Of a stretch of DNA of 56,534 nucleotides, positions 32,245 to 41,424 are shown piece after piece; within the stretch, counting starts at the first letter, position 1; the number at the start of each line of letters is the position of its first letter. Position numbers and translations under genes: made by a program. The stretch covers positions 1 to 56,534 of the forward strand of contig JADLBM010000012.1 in the NCBI GenBank assembly GCA_020847715.1. The letters run 5' to 3'. The DNA is from Candidatus Yanofskybacteria bacterium (GTDB lineage Bacteria; Patescibacteriota; Minisyncoccia; 2-02-FULL-40-12; GWA2-44-9). The notes beneath the pieces are model-generated. The model was not told where the DNA came from. It saw only the letters and a list, made by a program, of their open reading frames with translations, and made no database searches.

Positions 32245-34227
32245 ATGAATCCCATCCTCGACGGCCTCAATGAAAAACAGGTCGAGGCCGTTACCACCAC
32301 CGAAGGTCCGGTTCTCGTCATCTCCGGACCCGGCTCCGGCAAAACGCGCGCGCTGACGCATCGCATCGCGCACCTCATCGCATCGGGCGTGCAACCGTCA
32401 TCCATTCTCGCGGTTACATTCACCAACAAAGCGGCGGGGGAGATCAAGCAGCGTGTTGCCACCCTCCTTGGTCAGCGCGCCGCGCATCCTGCGGGACGGG
32501 CACTGCCGACCATCGGTACCTTCCACTCCGTCGGCCTCCGCATTCTCCGACGCTACGCCGAGCGCATCGGCTACGGAACGGATTTCACGATTCTCGACTC
32601 GGGCGATCAACAAACCCTCATGCGCCGCATTATCGCGGAGCTGGAACTCGACTCGAAACGATACAGCCCCGGCTCTCTGCTGGGCAAGGTTCAGAAACTG
32701 AAAACCGAGCTCGTCGGACACCATCAGTATGTCGGCACCGGACACACGGAGAAAATCCTCGAACGCGTGTACCGCACATACCAGACGAAATTAGAATCTA
32801 TGAACGCCGTTGATTTCGGCGACCTCATCTTCCTGACCGTACGACTGTTCCGTGAATGTCCCGATGTGCTCGAGGCGTACCACACCCTATGGCGCTACTT
32901 GCTGGTGGACGAATATCAGGACACGAGCCACGACCAGTACACGCTCATCAGTATGCTCGCCTCCCGCCACGGCAACCTGTTCTGCATCGGCGATGACGCA
33001 CAGTCTATCTACCTGTTCCGTCAGGCAGATATCCGCAACATCCTAAACTTTCAGCGCGATTGGCCGCAGGGAAAAGTGATACTCCTCGAACAGAACTACC
33101 GTTCCACAAAGACCATTCTCGCTGCGGCGCAGGCGGTCATTTCCAACAATGCGGCGCAGATCCCGAAAGAGCTCTGGACCGAAAACGCGGATGGTGATGC
33201 CATCACAATCACCGAGACGGTCAGCGAGCGACACGAAGCCCAGCAACTCATCGACACACTCCGCGCACTCCAGCGAAAACGGTACACGCTTTCGGATTGC
33301 GCGGTCTTGTACCGCACGCACGCACAGAGCCGCGCGCTTGAAGAGCAGTTGGTGCGCGCGGGCATCCCGTATCGCATCGTTGGGGGTATCCGATTCTACG
33401 AGCGCAGAGAGGTGAAGGACATCCTCGCGTACGCGCGACTCCTCGCAAACCCGTGCGATGCTGTCAGCTTCGAGCGTATCGCAAATGTCCCCGCGCGCGG
33501 CATCGGCCCCACAACCATCGACCGCCTCCTTGCTGTTGACGCCCCCGACCGCATCTCCGCCGTCGGCCTGCTGTCGCACGACTACCCGCCGACCGGCAGG
33601 GCAGGGAAGTCGCTGAGCGCGTTGCATGCGCTCCTTGTTCGTCTTCAGCGATTCGCGGCTGAAAAGAAACCGAGCGAAGTCATTCGCGCCATCATCCGGC
33701 ACACGAACTACGAGGAATACCTGCGGGCCCAGAAAGGCAACGACGCAGAGAGCGCCGAGGAGCGCATCGAAAACATCCGAGAGCTTCTCACGGTCGCCAA
33801 GAAGTACGACTCGGGAGAATCGAGCGGCATGGGAAAGTTCCTCGAGGAGGTTGCCCTCCTCCAAGACGCCGACCAGCTCACTACTGGAGACACTGCGGTC
33901 ACACTCATGACCATGCACGCGGCAAAGGGGCTCGAATTTCCGGTCGTATTCGTCTGCGGTATGGAGGAGGGCCTCTTTCCGCATAGCCGCACCGTCTGGG
34001 CGCCTCATGAGCTAGAAGAAGAGCGGCGACTTTGCTACGTTGCCATCACGCGAGCCAAGGAGCGCCTCTTTATGAGTCTCGCAAAATGGCGCAACATCTA
34101 CGGCTCCCGCCAAGCCAACATTCCATCTCGCTTCATCGCCGAAATCCCAGACCATCTCCTCTCGTGGCAACGCATCGACATGGACGCCGGAATCGGAGAT
34201 GACGAACACATCGACTACGATGCATAA
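32245..34227 (+). CDS. pcrA: UvrD/PcrA family ATP-dependent DNA helicase
   Basis: GPGSGKT, TFHS, LVDEYQDT, NYRS, VLYRT, TMHAAKGLEF, YVAITRAK. 660 aa. Confidence 0.9.
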   Translation: MNPILDGLNEKQVEAVTTTEGPVLVISGPGSGKTRALTHRIAHLIASGVQPSSILAVTFTNKAAGEIKQRVATLLGQRAAHPAGRALPTIGTFHSVGLRILRRYAERIGYGTDFTILDSGDQQTLMRRIIAELELDSKRYSPGSLLGKVQKLKTELVGHHQYVGTGHTEKILERVYRTYQTKLESMNAVDFGDLIFLTVRLFRECPDVLEAYHTLWRYLLVDEYQDTSHDQYTLISMLASRHGNLFCIGDDAQSIYLFRQADIRNILNFQRDWPQGKVILLEQNYRSTKTILAAAQAVISNNAAQIPKELWTENADGDAITITETVSERHEAQQLIDTLRALQRKRYTLSDCAVLYRTHAQSRALEEQLVRAGIPYRIVGGIRFYERREVKDILAYARLLANPCDAVSFERIANVPARGIGPTTIDRLLAVDAPDRISAVGLLSHDYPPTGRAGKSLSALHALLVRLQRFAAEKKPSEVIRAIIRHTNYEEYLRAQKGNDAESAEERIENIRELLTVAKKYDSGESSGMGKFLEEVALLQDADQLTTGDTAVTLMTMHAAKGLEFPVVFVCGMEEGLFPHSRTVWAPHELEEERRLCYVAITRAKERLFMSLAKWRNIYGSRQANIPSRFIAEIPDHLLSWQRIDMDAGIGDDEHIDYDA

Positions 34228-34987
34228 CATCGATATCCCAGCGAAGCGCTCCCTCGGGCAGAACTTCCTTATCAACGAAGGCGTGCTGGATCGCATCGTC
34301 GAGGCAGCAGACATCACCCCGAGCGATACTATTCTAGAAGTCGGGCCGGGAAAGGGAGCGCTCACTCAACGACTCGCGAAGACCGGTGCGCGCATCATCG
34401 CCATCGAAAAAGACCGCCGCCTTATCGCTCCGCTCAGAGCGTTGTTTGCTGCGCATCCTACGGTCACCATCGAAGAAGGGGATATCCTCGGCTTGGAACT
34501 GAGCTCCTGGAACTTAGCCGCTGGCTCCTATAAGGTCGTCGCGAATATCCCATACTACCTGACAGGGCAGCTGTTCCGTCGCATGCTTGAACTGTGGCCG
34601 TCGCCGTCCCGCGCTATCCTTATGGTCCAACGAGAAGTTGCGGATCGCCTTCTCGCAACGCCTCCCAATATGAACCTCCTCGCTCTTTCCGTCCGCCTGT
34701 TCGCCGAGCCATCTATCGTCATGCAGGTATCTCGCGGAAGTTTCCGGCCCATTCCGGAGGTAGATTCGACGGTCGTACGGCTCGACATACGGAATACAGA
34801 TGAGGCAACGCGCCGCATGAACGCTGCCGTCCTCACACTCGCAAAGAAGGCATTTGGTCAAAAACGAAAACAGCTTACGGCAACCATCCCACTCGAGACG
34901 CTTCTCCAGGCTGGAATCGCTCCGACAGTGCGCCCGCAGGAGCTTTCTGTGGAGGACTGGCTACGCATCGCCTCCACTGTTCAGTAG
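34199..34987 (+). CDS. rsmA: 16S rRNA (adenine1518/1519-N6)-dimethyltransferase
   Basis: LGQNFL, SAM motif LEVGPGKGALT, NIPYY. The true start may be the in-frame ATG at 34220 (ATGCATAA overlap with the pcrA stop). Confidence 0.9.
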   Translation: MTNTSTTMHNIDIPAKRSLGQNFLINEGVLDRIVEAADITPSDTILEVGPGKGALTQRLAKTGARIIAIEKDRRLIAPLRALFAAHPTVTIEEGDILGLELSSWNLAAGSYKVVANIPYYLTGQLFRRMLELWPSPSRAILMVQREVADRLLATPPNMNLLALSVRLFAEPSIVMQVSRGSFRPIPEVDSTVVRLDIRNTDEATRRMNAAVLTLAKKAFGQKRKQLTATIPLETLLQAGIAPTVRPQELSVEDWLRIASTVQ

Positions 34988-35042
34988 ATATACACACGAA
35001 GCCTCGATTTTCTGCGCAGAAAGAATGCTAGAATGAGGCCAT

Positions 35043-35960
35043 ATGAGCGGGAGACTCAAATTCCTTCTCGCTGTTTTGGCCGTGGGTGCCGGCTCGCTCT
35101 TTTGGTACTTCGCAAGCTACGGACCAACATCCTCGAGTAGCACCTTCTCAGCGTCTCTATACGAAAAAACAACCGCAACACTCCAGGATACCGACAATGA
35201 CGGCCTCGGTGACCGTGAAGAAACCTATTGGGGAACAGATTTTAAGACCGCCGACACCGACGGAGACGGCTTCACCGACGGGGAAGAGGTGCTGAGCGGG
35301 CACAACCCGGCGAAGAAGGGGCCCGACGACCTCTTGAACGAGCGCCGAAACCTCACCGAGCGCACCAGCACCCTTTTGTTGGGCGGATTAGTCGCGGGCG
35401 ACCTCGATCCTGAGAGTCCAAAGTACGAGGCGTCCATCACCGCGCTGGTCGACCAGATCTTCGATCAGTACACCACAAACACTTCCGTCGAGCTTGATTC
35501 GCTCGCAACGACCGACGACTCGACCGACGCCCTCATTCGCTATGGCCTCGCGATGAGTCGCGCGCTTCCGGAGTTATTCTCGGACACCGCGAAGGGATTT
35601 GTAGCGACGCTCGGCGTTGTCGGGAACACCCCCATCGACTCGCTCTCGAAACTTCAGAAAGAAGAACCGGAAACCTACCGCGCATTCGCAGCTTCCATTG
35701 ATGGCCAAATCGCGATGCTCGAGAAGCACGCAACTACTTTGAAAGGAATCCGCGTTCCTCCCTCTCTGCGCACAGCCCACCAGAATGCGCTCCTATTCGC
35801 GCGAGGCGCTCAGCAGCAGTACCGCGCAGTACGCGACATCAGCCGCGACCCGCTCCAGGGTATTATTGCACTGCAAGTCCTCGAATCACTCGCCACCGAC
35901 ACTTCAGCGCAAATCAGCGCCGACTTCTCGAGTCGGCTCGCAAAAGCATTCCAGCAATGA
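35043..35960 (+). CDS. Membrane-anchored protein with two thrombospondin-type-3-like DxDxDG calcium-binding motifs
   Basis: N-terminal TM, then DTDNDGLGD and DTDGDGFTDGEE, followed by a helical domain. First gene of the T4SS-like cluster. Confidence 0.6.
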   Translation: MSGRLKFLLAVLAVGAGSLFWYFASYGPTSSSSTFSASLYEKTTATLQDTDNDGLGDREETYWGTDFKTADTDGDGFTDGEEVLSGHNPAKKGPDDLLNERRNLTERTSTLLLGGLVAGDLDPESPKYEASITALVDQIFDQYTTNTSVELDSLATTDDSTDALIRYGLAMSRALPELFSDTAKGFVATLGVVGNTPIDSLSKLQKEEPETYRAFAASIDGQIAMLEKHATTLKGIRVPPSLRTAHQNALLFARGAQQQYRAVRDISRDPLQGIIALQVLESLATDTSAQISADFSSRLAKAFQQ

Positions 35961-37621
35961 CTATTCGCGCATCATCCATCCAATTCGCTCTCGTCGCCAC
36001 AGCGATGTTCGCCCTCGCCCTCGTGGCACGGCCGACACTTGCTGCATTCGATACGACCCAGCTCTCTCCCGGCCAACCGATTGGAGGAGAGACCAGCACC
36101 ACACTCTCGGATATCATCAAAAATCGCGGCCTCACGAGCGCTACATATAAGCAAATCTGTGTTACCGGAAATATTTTCACCCTCTTCAAAGGAAGTCTCG
36201 ACGAGATCGGGAAGCGCCTTCTGAGTCAGATCGGCGGCATCATTACCGACCTCTTCAATATCGTCAAAAAGAAGCTTATCGCCTGCGCAGTGTCGGGCAT
36301 CATCAATAAGTACACGGGAGCGGGATTTCAGTGCACCATGCCGGTCGCATCCGATTTCACCGCGTACATAAAACTCAAGGCTGAACAAGAAGCGAAGCAA
36401 AACTTTATTGCCCGATGCGTGGTGGACCAGCAGATCAACGACATCACAAACACCGTCGACCGGATGATCCAGGAGCAGGGGCCGGAAGGCGGCCCCGCAT
36501 GGGCAACCGACTGGATTACCAACTCCTATGTGAATCCCGACCGTCAGGCATACCGTCGATTCTGGACGCTTCTTGTGAACACCGATGTGTGCGAGTACAT
36601 GCGCACCGATGTGTACAACTATTTCGAAGTTCCTCAGTCGTACCGCGACAACCCGCCGTCCATCAAAGCATACGAGCTCAGTGTCGACGCTGATACGCCA
36701 TTCCCGTTGAAAGCCGCCTGCACCGCAAAAGGATGGACTCCTGGTAAAATAACGGACGCGAAAACCTTCGCCCAGTCCGGCGGGTTTGATCTCCTTGGGC
36801 GCCTCGCGGAACCGCAGAACAACTTCAATGGATTTATCCGCCTCGCAAAAGATGAACTCGCGAAACAGCGAGCGGTGCTGGTGAATTCGGTCACGAACCA
36901 GCTCATCAGCGGGGGAGGCGTGCTTCCCATCTACGGCACAAAGGAGGAGAGCTGCAAAGTTGATGCGGACGGCAACTGCATCACGAACGGTCGCATCCGG
37001 CAGGCTCCCGGCGTCGCTCGCGACCTCATCAACTCTTCTTACGATGCGCAGCTTACATTCCTGAATAACACCAACGGGACCACCGCCAAAGCGATGGAGG
37101 ACATCTCCGCGCGCATCCGTGCACGCATGATCGACATGGCAAACCAACCACTCCCCATCAAGCTCGAGCTTGGCCTCGAGGACGAGCCGGACAATGTCGT
37201 TACCCCAACACCAACCCCCAGCGTATCGCCCGGAACATATCCGCCCGACGATCCGTCGTGCACGGGAGGGAACCCGCAATGCACCTGTGTAAGGAGCGAG
37301 CCAAACGCAATGGCACTGGTTGGCTCTGTCGTCCGGAGCGCCGTCGAGCAGGTCATGCAGACGAGCACGGCATTGTTCGACCCTCCCGGCAGTAATCGCA
37401 TCGCCCCCGGCGTGAACTACCGCACCGTTCTGCAGGCGGTCTGCGACCGCATGCAGCCGCCGCAGGGCATCATCTGTAAGCCACACCCCGGGCAAGATGA
37501 TGAGATTGTCCTCGTCACTCAGACCATGAGCATCTCCGTGGATGTTATTACCGGTGACGGAGGGCTGCGCTCGAATGGCGGCAACGCGGTAGCCGCCTGC
37601 GAGCTTGGCGTTCAAGACTAA
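35957..37621 (+). CDS. Large secreted Cys-containing hypothetical protein (554 aa)
   Basis: Signal peptide ...ALALVARPTLAA, PT linker, 4-nt overlap with the upstream gene. The GC3 pattern favours this strand over the 547-aa antisense ORF. Confidence 0.6.
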   Translation: MTIRASSIQFALVATAMFALALVARPTLAAFDTTQLSPGQPIGGETSTTLSDIIKNRGLTSATYKQICVTGNIFTLFKGSLDEIGKRLLSQIGGIITDLFNIVKKKLIACAVSGIINKYTGAGFQCTMPVASDFTAYIKLKAEQEAKQNFIARCVVDQQINDITNTVDRMIQEQGPEGGPAWATDWITNSYVNPDRQAYRRFWTLLVNTDVCEYMRTDVYNYFEVPQSYRDNPPSIKAYELSVDADTPFPLKAACTAKGWTPGKITDAKTFAQSGGFDLLGRLAEPQNNFNGFIRLAKDELAKQRAVLVNSVTNQLISGGGVLPIYGTKEESCKVDADGNCITNGRIRQAPGVARDLINSSYDAQLTFLNNTNGTTAKAMEDISARIRARMIDMANQPLPIKLELGLEDEPDNVVTPTPTPSVSPGTYPPDDPSCTGGNPQCTCVRSEPNAMALVGSVVRSAVEQVMQTSTALFDPPGSNRIAPGVNYRTVLQAVCDRMQPPQGIICKPHPGQDDEIVLVTQTMSISVDVITGDGGLRSNGGNAVAACELGVQD

Positions 37622-37623
37622 CC

Positions 37624-39960
37624 ATGCGACGCTTCCGCTTTATCTCAGCAATACTCATCGCCCTCTGTGTCGCCTCGGCGATGATTCCTCAGGCCGCACA
37701 CGCAGAAAATGGTACGAGCGGCATCGCGGGACTTGTAGGAAACCTCATCGGCATCAATGTGCTCGACCTCGTCGAGCGCTCCCTCACCCTCGTGAAGGAC
37801 ATCATTGTCACCACAATGAACTGGCTCGGCCAGCTGATTCAGCAGGCGCTTGCCCTTCCACTGACCACCGGCGGACCCGCCGTGTACTCCGTATGGAAAC
37901 TCCTCCGCGACATGTGCAACCTGCTCTTTATTGTTGCATTCATTGTTATGTCGTTCGCCACCATTTTTGGCATATTCCTGAAGGGGGACTACTACTACAG
38001 CAACGCCATCAAAGGCGTTCTCATCGCGGCCATCAGTATTAATTTTAGCCTCGCCATCGGTCAGACAGTTATCTGGGTCGGCAACGAAGCGAGTAAGAAG
38101 GTCATTGAACTGATGCCATCCGGTATCAGCGGCAGCATCACAGCGGCCCTGCAGCTGGACAGACGCATCACAGGCGACACAACTCCGAGCATCGATGCCG
38201 TACCGGGCGCCGACACCCCGGAAGAATTCCTCACCGAGCGTGAGCGCGTTGCTGTTGCGGCGTGGAAAAGGGAGGGATACGCCAAAGCGCTCACCGTCTT
38301 CAGAGACTGCCTCGAACACAACGAGAGCCAGCATGCGTGCTTCCTGAAAGTGTCACTCTCCTCCACGCTGAAGGAGGATATTATCGCTGCAGCATCGCGT
38401 CCACGCGGTGCATCCCAAGAAGTCGATGAGAGCTTCTGGGAGTCCTTCCTGAGCGGATCGTATGGGAAAAAGCTCTGGGCGTATGCGGCGACAAGAAGTG
38501 CTACACAGAACGAGACCGTCCTCGACCAAGCAGCTAAAATCGGGAGTCTTCTGCTCACTATTCTGATTCTGCTCGTTGTTGTGCTGTCATACCTTACCAT
38601 CATTGTATTCATGGTCATCCGACTGCCGGCAATGTGGCTTCTGCTATCGGTCTCATCGCTCGCATTCTTTACCTACGCTGTGCCCGGGAAAAGCATGCTG
38701 AAGAACTGGTTCAATGGAGTCCTTGCGTGGTCTATTTTCTCACCACTGTACTTGTTCATTATCTATCTCGGCTTGTATATGTTCTCGCAACGAAGCACCC
38801 TTCTCGCAACCGTCCTCGCGAGTGGCGGAAGCGCTTCTTTCGCAAGCGGATTCATCGCGAGCGCACTGTACCTTCTTATCATCGCGGCCATCTTCATCGG
38901 CGGCGCGGGATGGGCGCTCAAGTTTTCGTTCTCCCTCGGAAAAGGAGCTGGCCAGCTCTCGGTCGGCACATGGTTTGGAGCAACCGCGGGAAAGTGGTTT
39001 GGCATCTCGGAAAAAACTCCGTATGCGACCCGCATCCCTGGGGCTGCCGCCCTTGGACGCATCTCCGGGATTACGCCTGCGTATAAAGCCGGCCGCGAGA
39101 GAGTTCAGCAGTTCGGCTCCGATGTTGTTGCCGGCGCTCGTGGACGCCTCCCATCACTCCTAAAGACGGAGGAGGAGGCGCTTGCCCTCCGTCGTCGACA
39201 GTTCGGGGTTCGCGGAGGAGCCGAAGGAGTCGCAAAGGTTACCGGCGACGCGATCCGTAAGGAGCAGGACATACTGAGCGCCGCAATCAAGGCACGAGAA
39301 GCCGAGGCTGCTGCGCGAGGCAAAACATTCGATGAAACCGCATTCCTCCGTGAGAAGGCGGGGAGCGGGAACCGGCAAATTGCCTTCGCCGCAAAAGAGA
39401 TCCTCACAACAAAAGGCAAACTCGATGCCGCTAGCATGAAGCAGACCGCTGAGGAGTACGCGGGAATCTCCGCGATCGCCCGCCAGAGCTACCTCGAACG
39501 AGTGAGCAAGCAGCTCAGCGAGAAAGCGGAAAAGAAAGAATACAAAGACGCAGCCGATGTCCTCTCTTCTCTTGATATTCTGACAAAGCCACAGCAAGAC
39601 AAGCTGCTGAAATCCCTTGAGCGAAACCAGCCGCTCATCGCTGCGGCGCTCGCCGATAAGTTCTACACGAGACCGGACGGCTCAAAGGCGCGCGCGAGCG
39701 ACATCCTCGAACGGAACGCCCGGGCGATTTCGAATAGCGACTGGGCAAAAATACTCGAAGAGGCAAAGGCCGGAAATGTCACCCTCACGAAACCCCTCGA
39801 AGAGATTCTCACCGAGCGTACGAAAAAACTCACCGATTACCTAGAAATGGTGCGCACCGCAAAACCGGATCAACAAGTCGAAATCGCTCATATCGCCGCG
39901 CTCGCAGAAAATCTGCGGCGCCAAAAGGGAAACCGAAAGCAGAGTAAAAAGCAGAGATAA
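37624..39960 (+). CDS. VirB6/TrbL-like polytopic membrane protein with long charged C-terminal domain
   Basis: Signal peptide, a roughly 60-aa exposed segment, then multiple TM helices, and a K/E/A-rich tail of about 300 aa. The architecture and its position upstream of VirB3/VirB4-like genes fit. Confidence 0.6.
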   Translation: MRRFRFISAILIALCVASAMIPQAAHAENGTSGIAGLVGNLIGINVLDLVERSLTLVKDIIVTTMNWLGQLIQQALALPLTTGGPAVYSVWKLLRDMCNLLFIVAFIVMSFATIFGIFLKGDYYYSNAIKGVLIAAISINFSLAIGQTVIWVGNEASKKVIELMPSGISGSITAALQLDRRITGDTTPSIDAVPGADTPEEFLTERERVAVAAWKREGYAKALTVFRDCLEHNESQHACFLKVSLSSTLKEDIIAAASRPRGASQEVDESFWESFLSGSYGKKLWAYAATRSATQNETVLDQAAKIGSLLLTILILLVVVLSYLTIIVFMVIRLPAMWLLLSVSSLAFFTYAVPGKSMLKNWFNGVLAWSIFSPLYLFIIYLGLYMFSQRSTLLATVLASGGSASFASGFIASALYLLIIAAIFIGGAGWALKFSFSLGKGAGQLSVGTWFGATAGKWFGISEKTPYATRIPGAAALGRISGITPAYKAGRERVQQFGSDVVAGARGRLPSLLKTEEEALALRRRQFGVRGGAEGVAKVTGDAIRKEQDILSAAIKAREAEAAARGKTFDETAFLREKAGSGNRQIAFAAKEILTTKGKLDAASMKQTAEEYAGISAIARQSYLERVSKQLSEKAEKKEYKDAADVLSSLDILTKPQQDKLLKSLERNQPLIAAALADKFYTRPDGSKARASDILERNARAISNSDWAKILEEAKAGNVTLTKPLEEILTERTKKLTDYLEMVRTAKPDQQVEIAHIAALAENLRRQKGNRKQSKKQR

Positions 39961-39984
39961 AGCACACTGTAACGTCCCGCCACT

Positions 39985-40479
39985 ATGACCGCACTAAACG
40001 AGACTGAGGATTTTCTCTACAGCCCCTACATAGCTGCAATCGCCGATAAAGACGACGCCCAGCTTCGTGCATTCGCAGAAAAATTTGCTGCGCAAAACGA
40101 ATCTGATCGCACATTCTTAACGTCACCCGAAACTGCGTTGGCGATCAAGCGCCTCGTTGAAGAGGGAGTTATTCCAGAAGAGTACGCCATTGCGACAGCA
40201 AAGATCGTTGCTTTTGTTGTTCTTCGCGAAGTCCCGTTATCCTCCGTGCCGCAGCTTCTCGAGCGCATTGGACTAGCCTCCCCACAAGCGCAAAATGCCG
40301 CAACGGCAATCACGCAACTCCTCCAACCACTCATCGCCGCACGAGCCGCGGCCGAAACACCGGAGCAGCTCCCCGAACTTCCGCCGATGACAACGAAGAT
40401 TCCGCCCGCCCCACAGCAGCATTCGTCGAACACGCCACCGCGTAATATAATAGACCTACGCAACAAACCGGCCGCATGA
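39985..40479 (+). CDS. Hypothetical soluble protein (164 aa)
   Basis: ORF in the cluster, 4-nt overlap with the next gene, no motif recognised. Confidence 0.5.
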   Translation: MTALNETEDFLYSPYIAAIADKDDAQLRAFAEKFAAQNESDRTFLTSPETALAIKRLVEEGVIPEEYAIATAKIVAFVVLREVPLSSVPQLLERIGLASPQAQNAATAITQLLQPLIAARAAAETPEQLPELPPMTTKIPPAPQQHSSNTPPRNIIDLRNKPAA

Positions 40480-40787
40480 AGTTTCAGGTTCCACAATTCA
40501 TTGAAACGGAAACGAAGCTTATCGGACCGCTCACGCTCCGGCAGTTTCTATTCGTCGCCGGTGGCGTCAGTATGACCGCAATGGCATACATCCTCCTCAA
40601 CGGCGTGTTCTTCGCCATCGCCGCACTTCTTATTCTTGGATTCTTCGGCGCGCTCGCCTTCGCTCGCATCGACGGACAACCATTCTTCAACTACCTCGCC
40701 TACATGCTGGCATACACGCTCGGTGCAAAACGCTACATCTATCGAACCGGAAGCACGCAGAACCAATTCACACCACCTCATGCCTGA
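40476..40787 (+). CDS. PrgI/VirB3-like small two-TM protein
   Basis: MKFQVPQFIETETKLIGPLTLRQFLFVAGG... followed by two TMs. This N-terminal pattern is typical of the PrgI family of Gram-positive-type T4SS. Confidence 0.65.
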   Translation: MKFQVPQFIETETKLIGPLTLRQFLFVAGGVSMTAMAYILLNGVFFAIAALLILGFFGALAFARIDGQPFFNYLAYMLAYTLGAKRYIYRTGSTQNQFTPPHA

Positions 40788-41421
40788 GCCCTCGACCACA
40801 GAGCTTATCCAGCTTGAATCCATCACCGATGGCGTCATCATTCTGAAGGACGGCTCGCTTCGCGCCCTCGTCGAGGTAACCGCCATCAACTTCGAGCTCC
40901 GGAGCGGTGAGGAGCAGGCGGCTATCCTCCAGCAATTCGCCGCGTTCCTCAACTCTGTCGACTTTCCCGTTCAGCTCGTTGTGCACTCGCGCCGATTCGA
41001 TATCAGCACCTACCTCGCATCCGTCCGGCAGGCGACCGAGTCGCTCACGAACGACCTCCTCAAAGTCCAAGCGGGGGAGTACATCCGATTCGTGTCCGAA
41101 CTCTCTGAGTTGGCGAACATCATGGCAAAGCGCTTCTACATCGTCCTTCCGCTGTCTGTCATCGCGACGGCCGAGGGGGGAGGATTCTTCTCGGGCATTA
41201 CCAGCCTATTCAAGAAGAAGCCCGCCCAGCAAGCGGGCATCGCTCCCGAGCGCCTCGCATCATACAAGGCTCAACTCCAGCAGCGAGCAGAGCTGGTCAT
41301 CGGCGGCATCTCGGGCATGGGACTCAAGGGCCACATGCTCTCACAGGAAGAGATTCTCGTCGTATTCAATGCCCTCTACAACCCCGTTATCCCGCCAACA
41401 AAAAAGCCGGTAACACCGTAA
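40780..41421 (+). CDS. VirB4-like protein, N-terminal domain fragment (213 aa)
   Basis: ITDGVIILKDGSLRALVEVTAINFELRSGEEQ..FAAFLNSVDFPVQLV matches the N-domain of Gram-positive-type VirB4. Ends at TAA, in frame with the next ORF. Confidence 0.65.
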   Translation: MPEPSTTELIQLESITDGVIILKDGSLRALVEVTAINFELRSGEEQAAILQQFAAFLNSVDFPVQLVVHSRRFDISTYLASVRQATESLTNDLLKVQAGEYIRFVSELSELANIMAKRFYIVLPLSVIATAEGGGFFSGITSLFKKKPAQQAGIAPERLASYKAQLQQRAELVIGGISGMGLKGHMLSQEEILVVFNALYNPVIPPTKKPVTP

Positions 41422-41424
41422 TCC

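Noticed and set aside
35972-37615. A 547-aa ORF on the minus strand that mirrors almost the whole of gene 35957-37621.
   Set aside because: It is a shadow ORF typical of GC-rich DNA. The plus-strand frame has the signal peptide, a sensible composition, G/C-ending codons, and translational coupling to its neighbours. The antisense product is R/A/G-rich junk with no SD.
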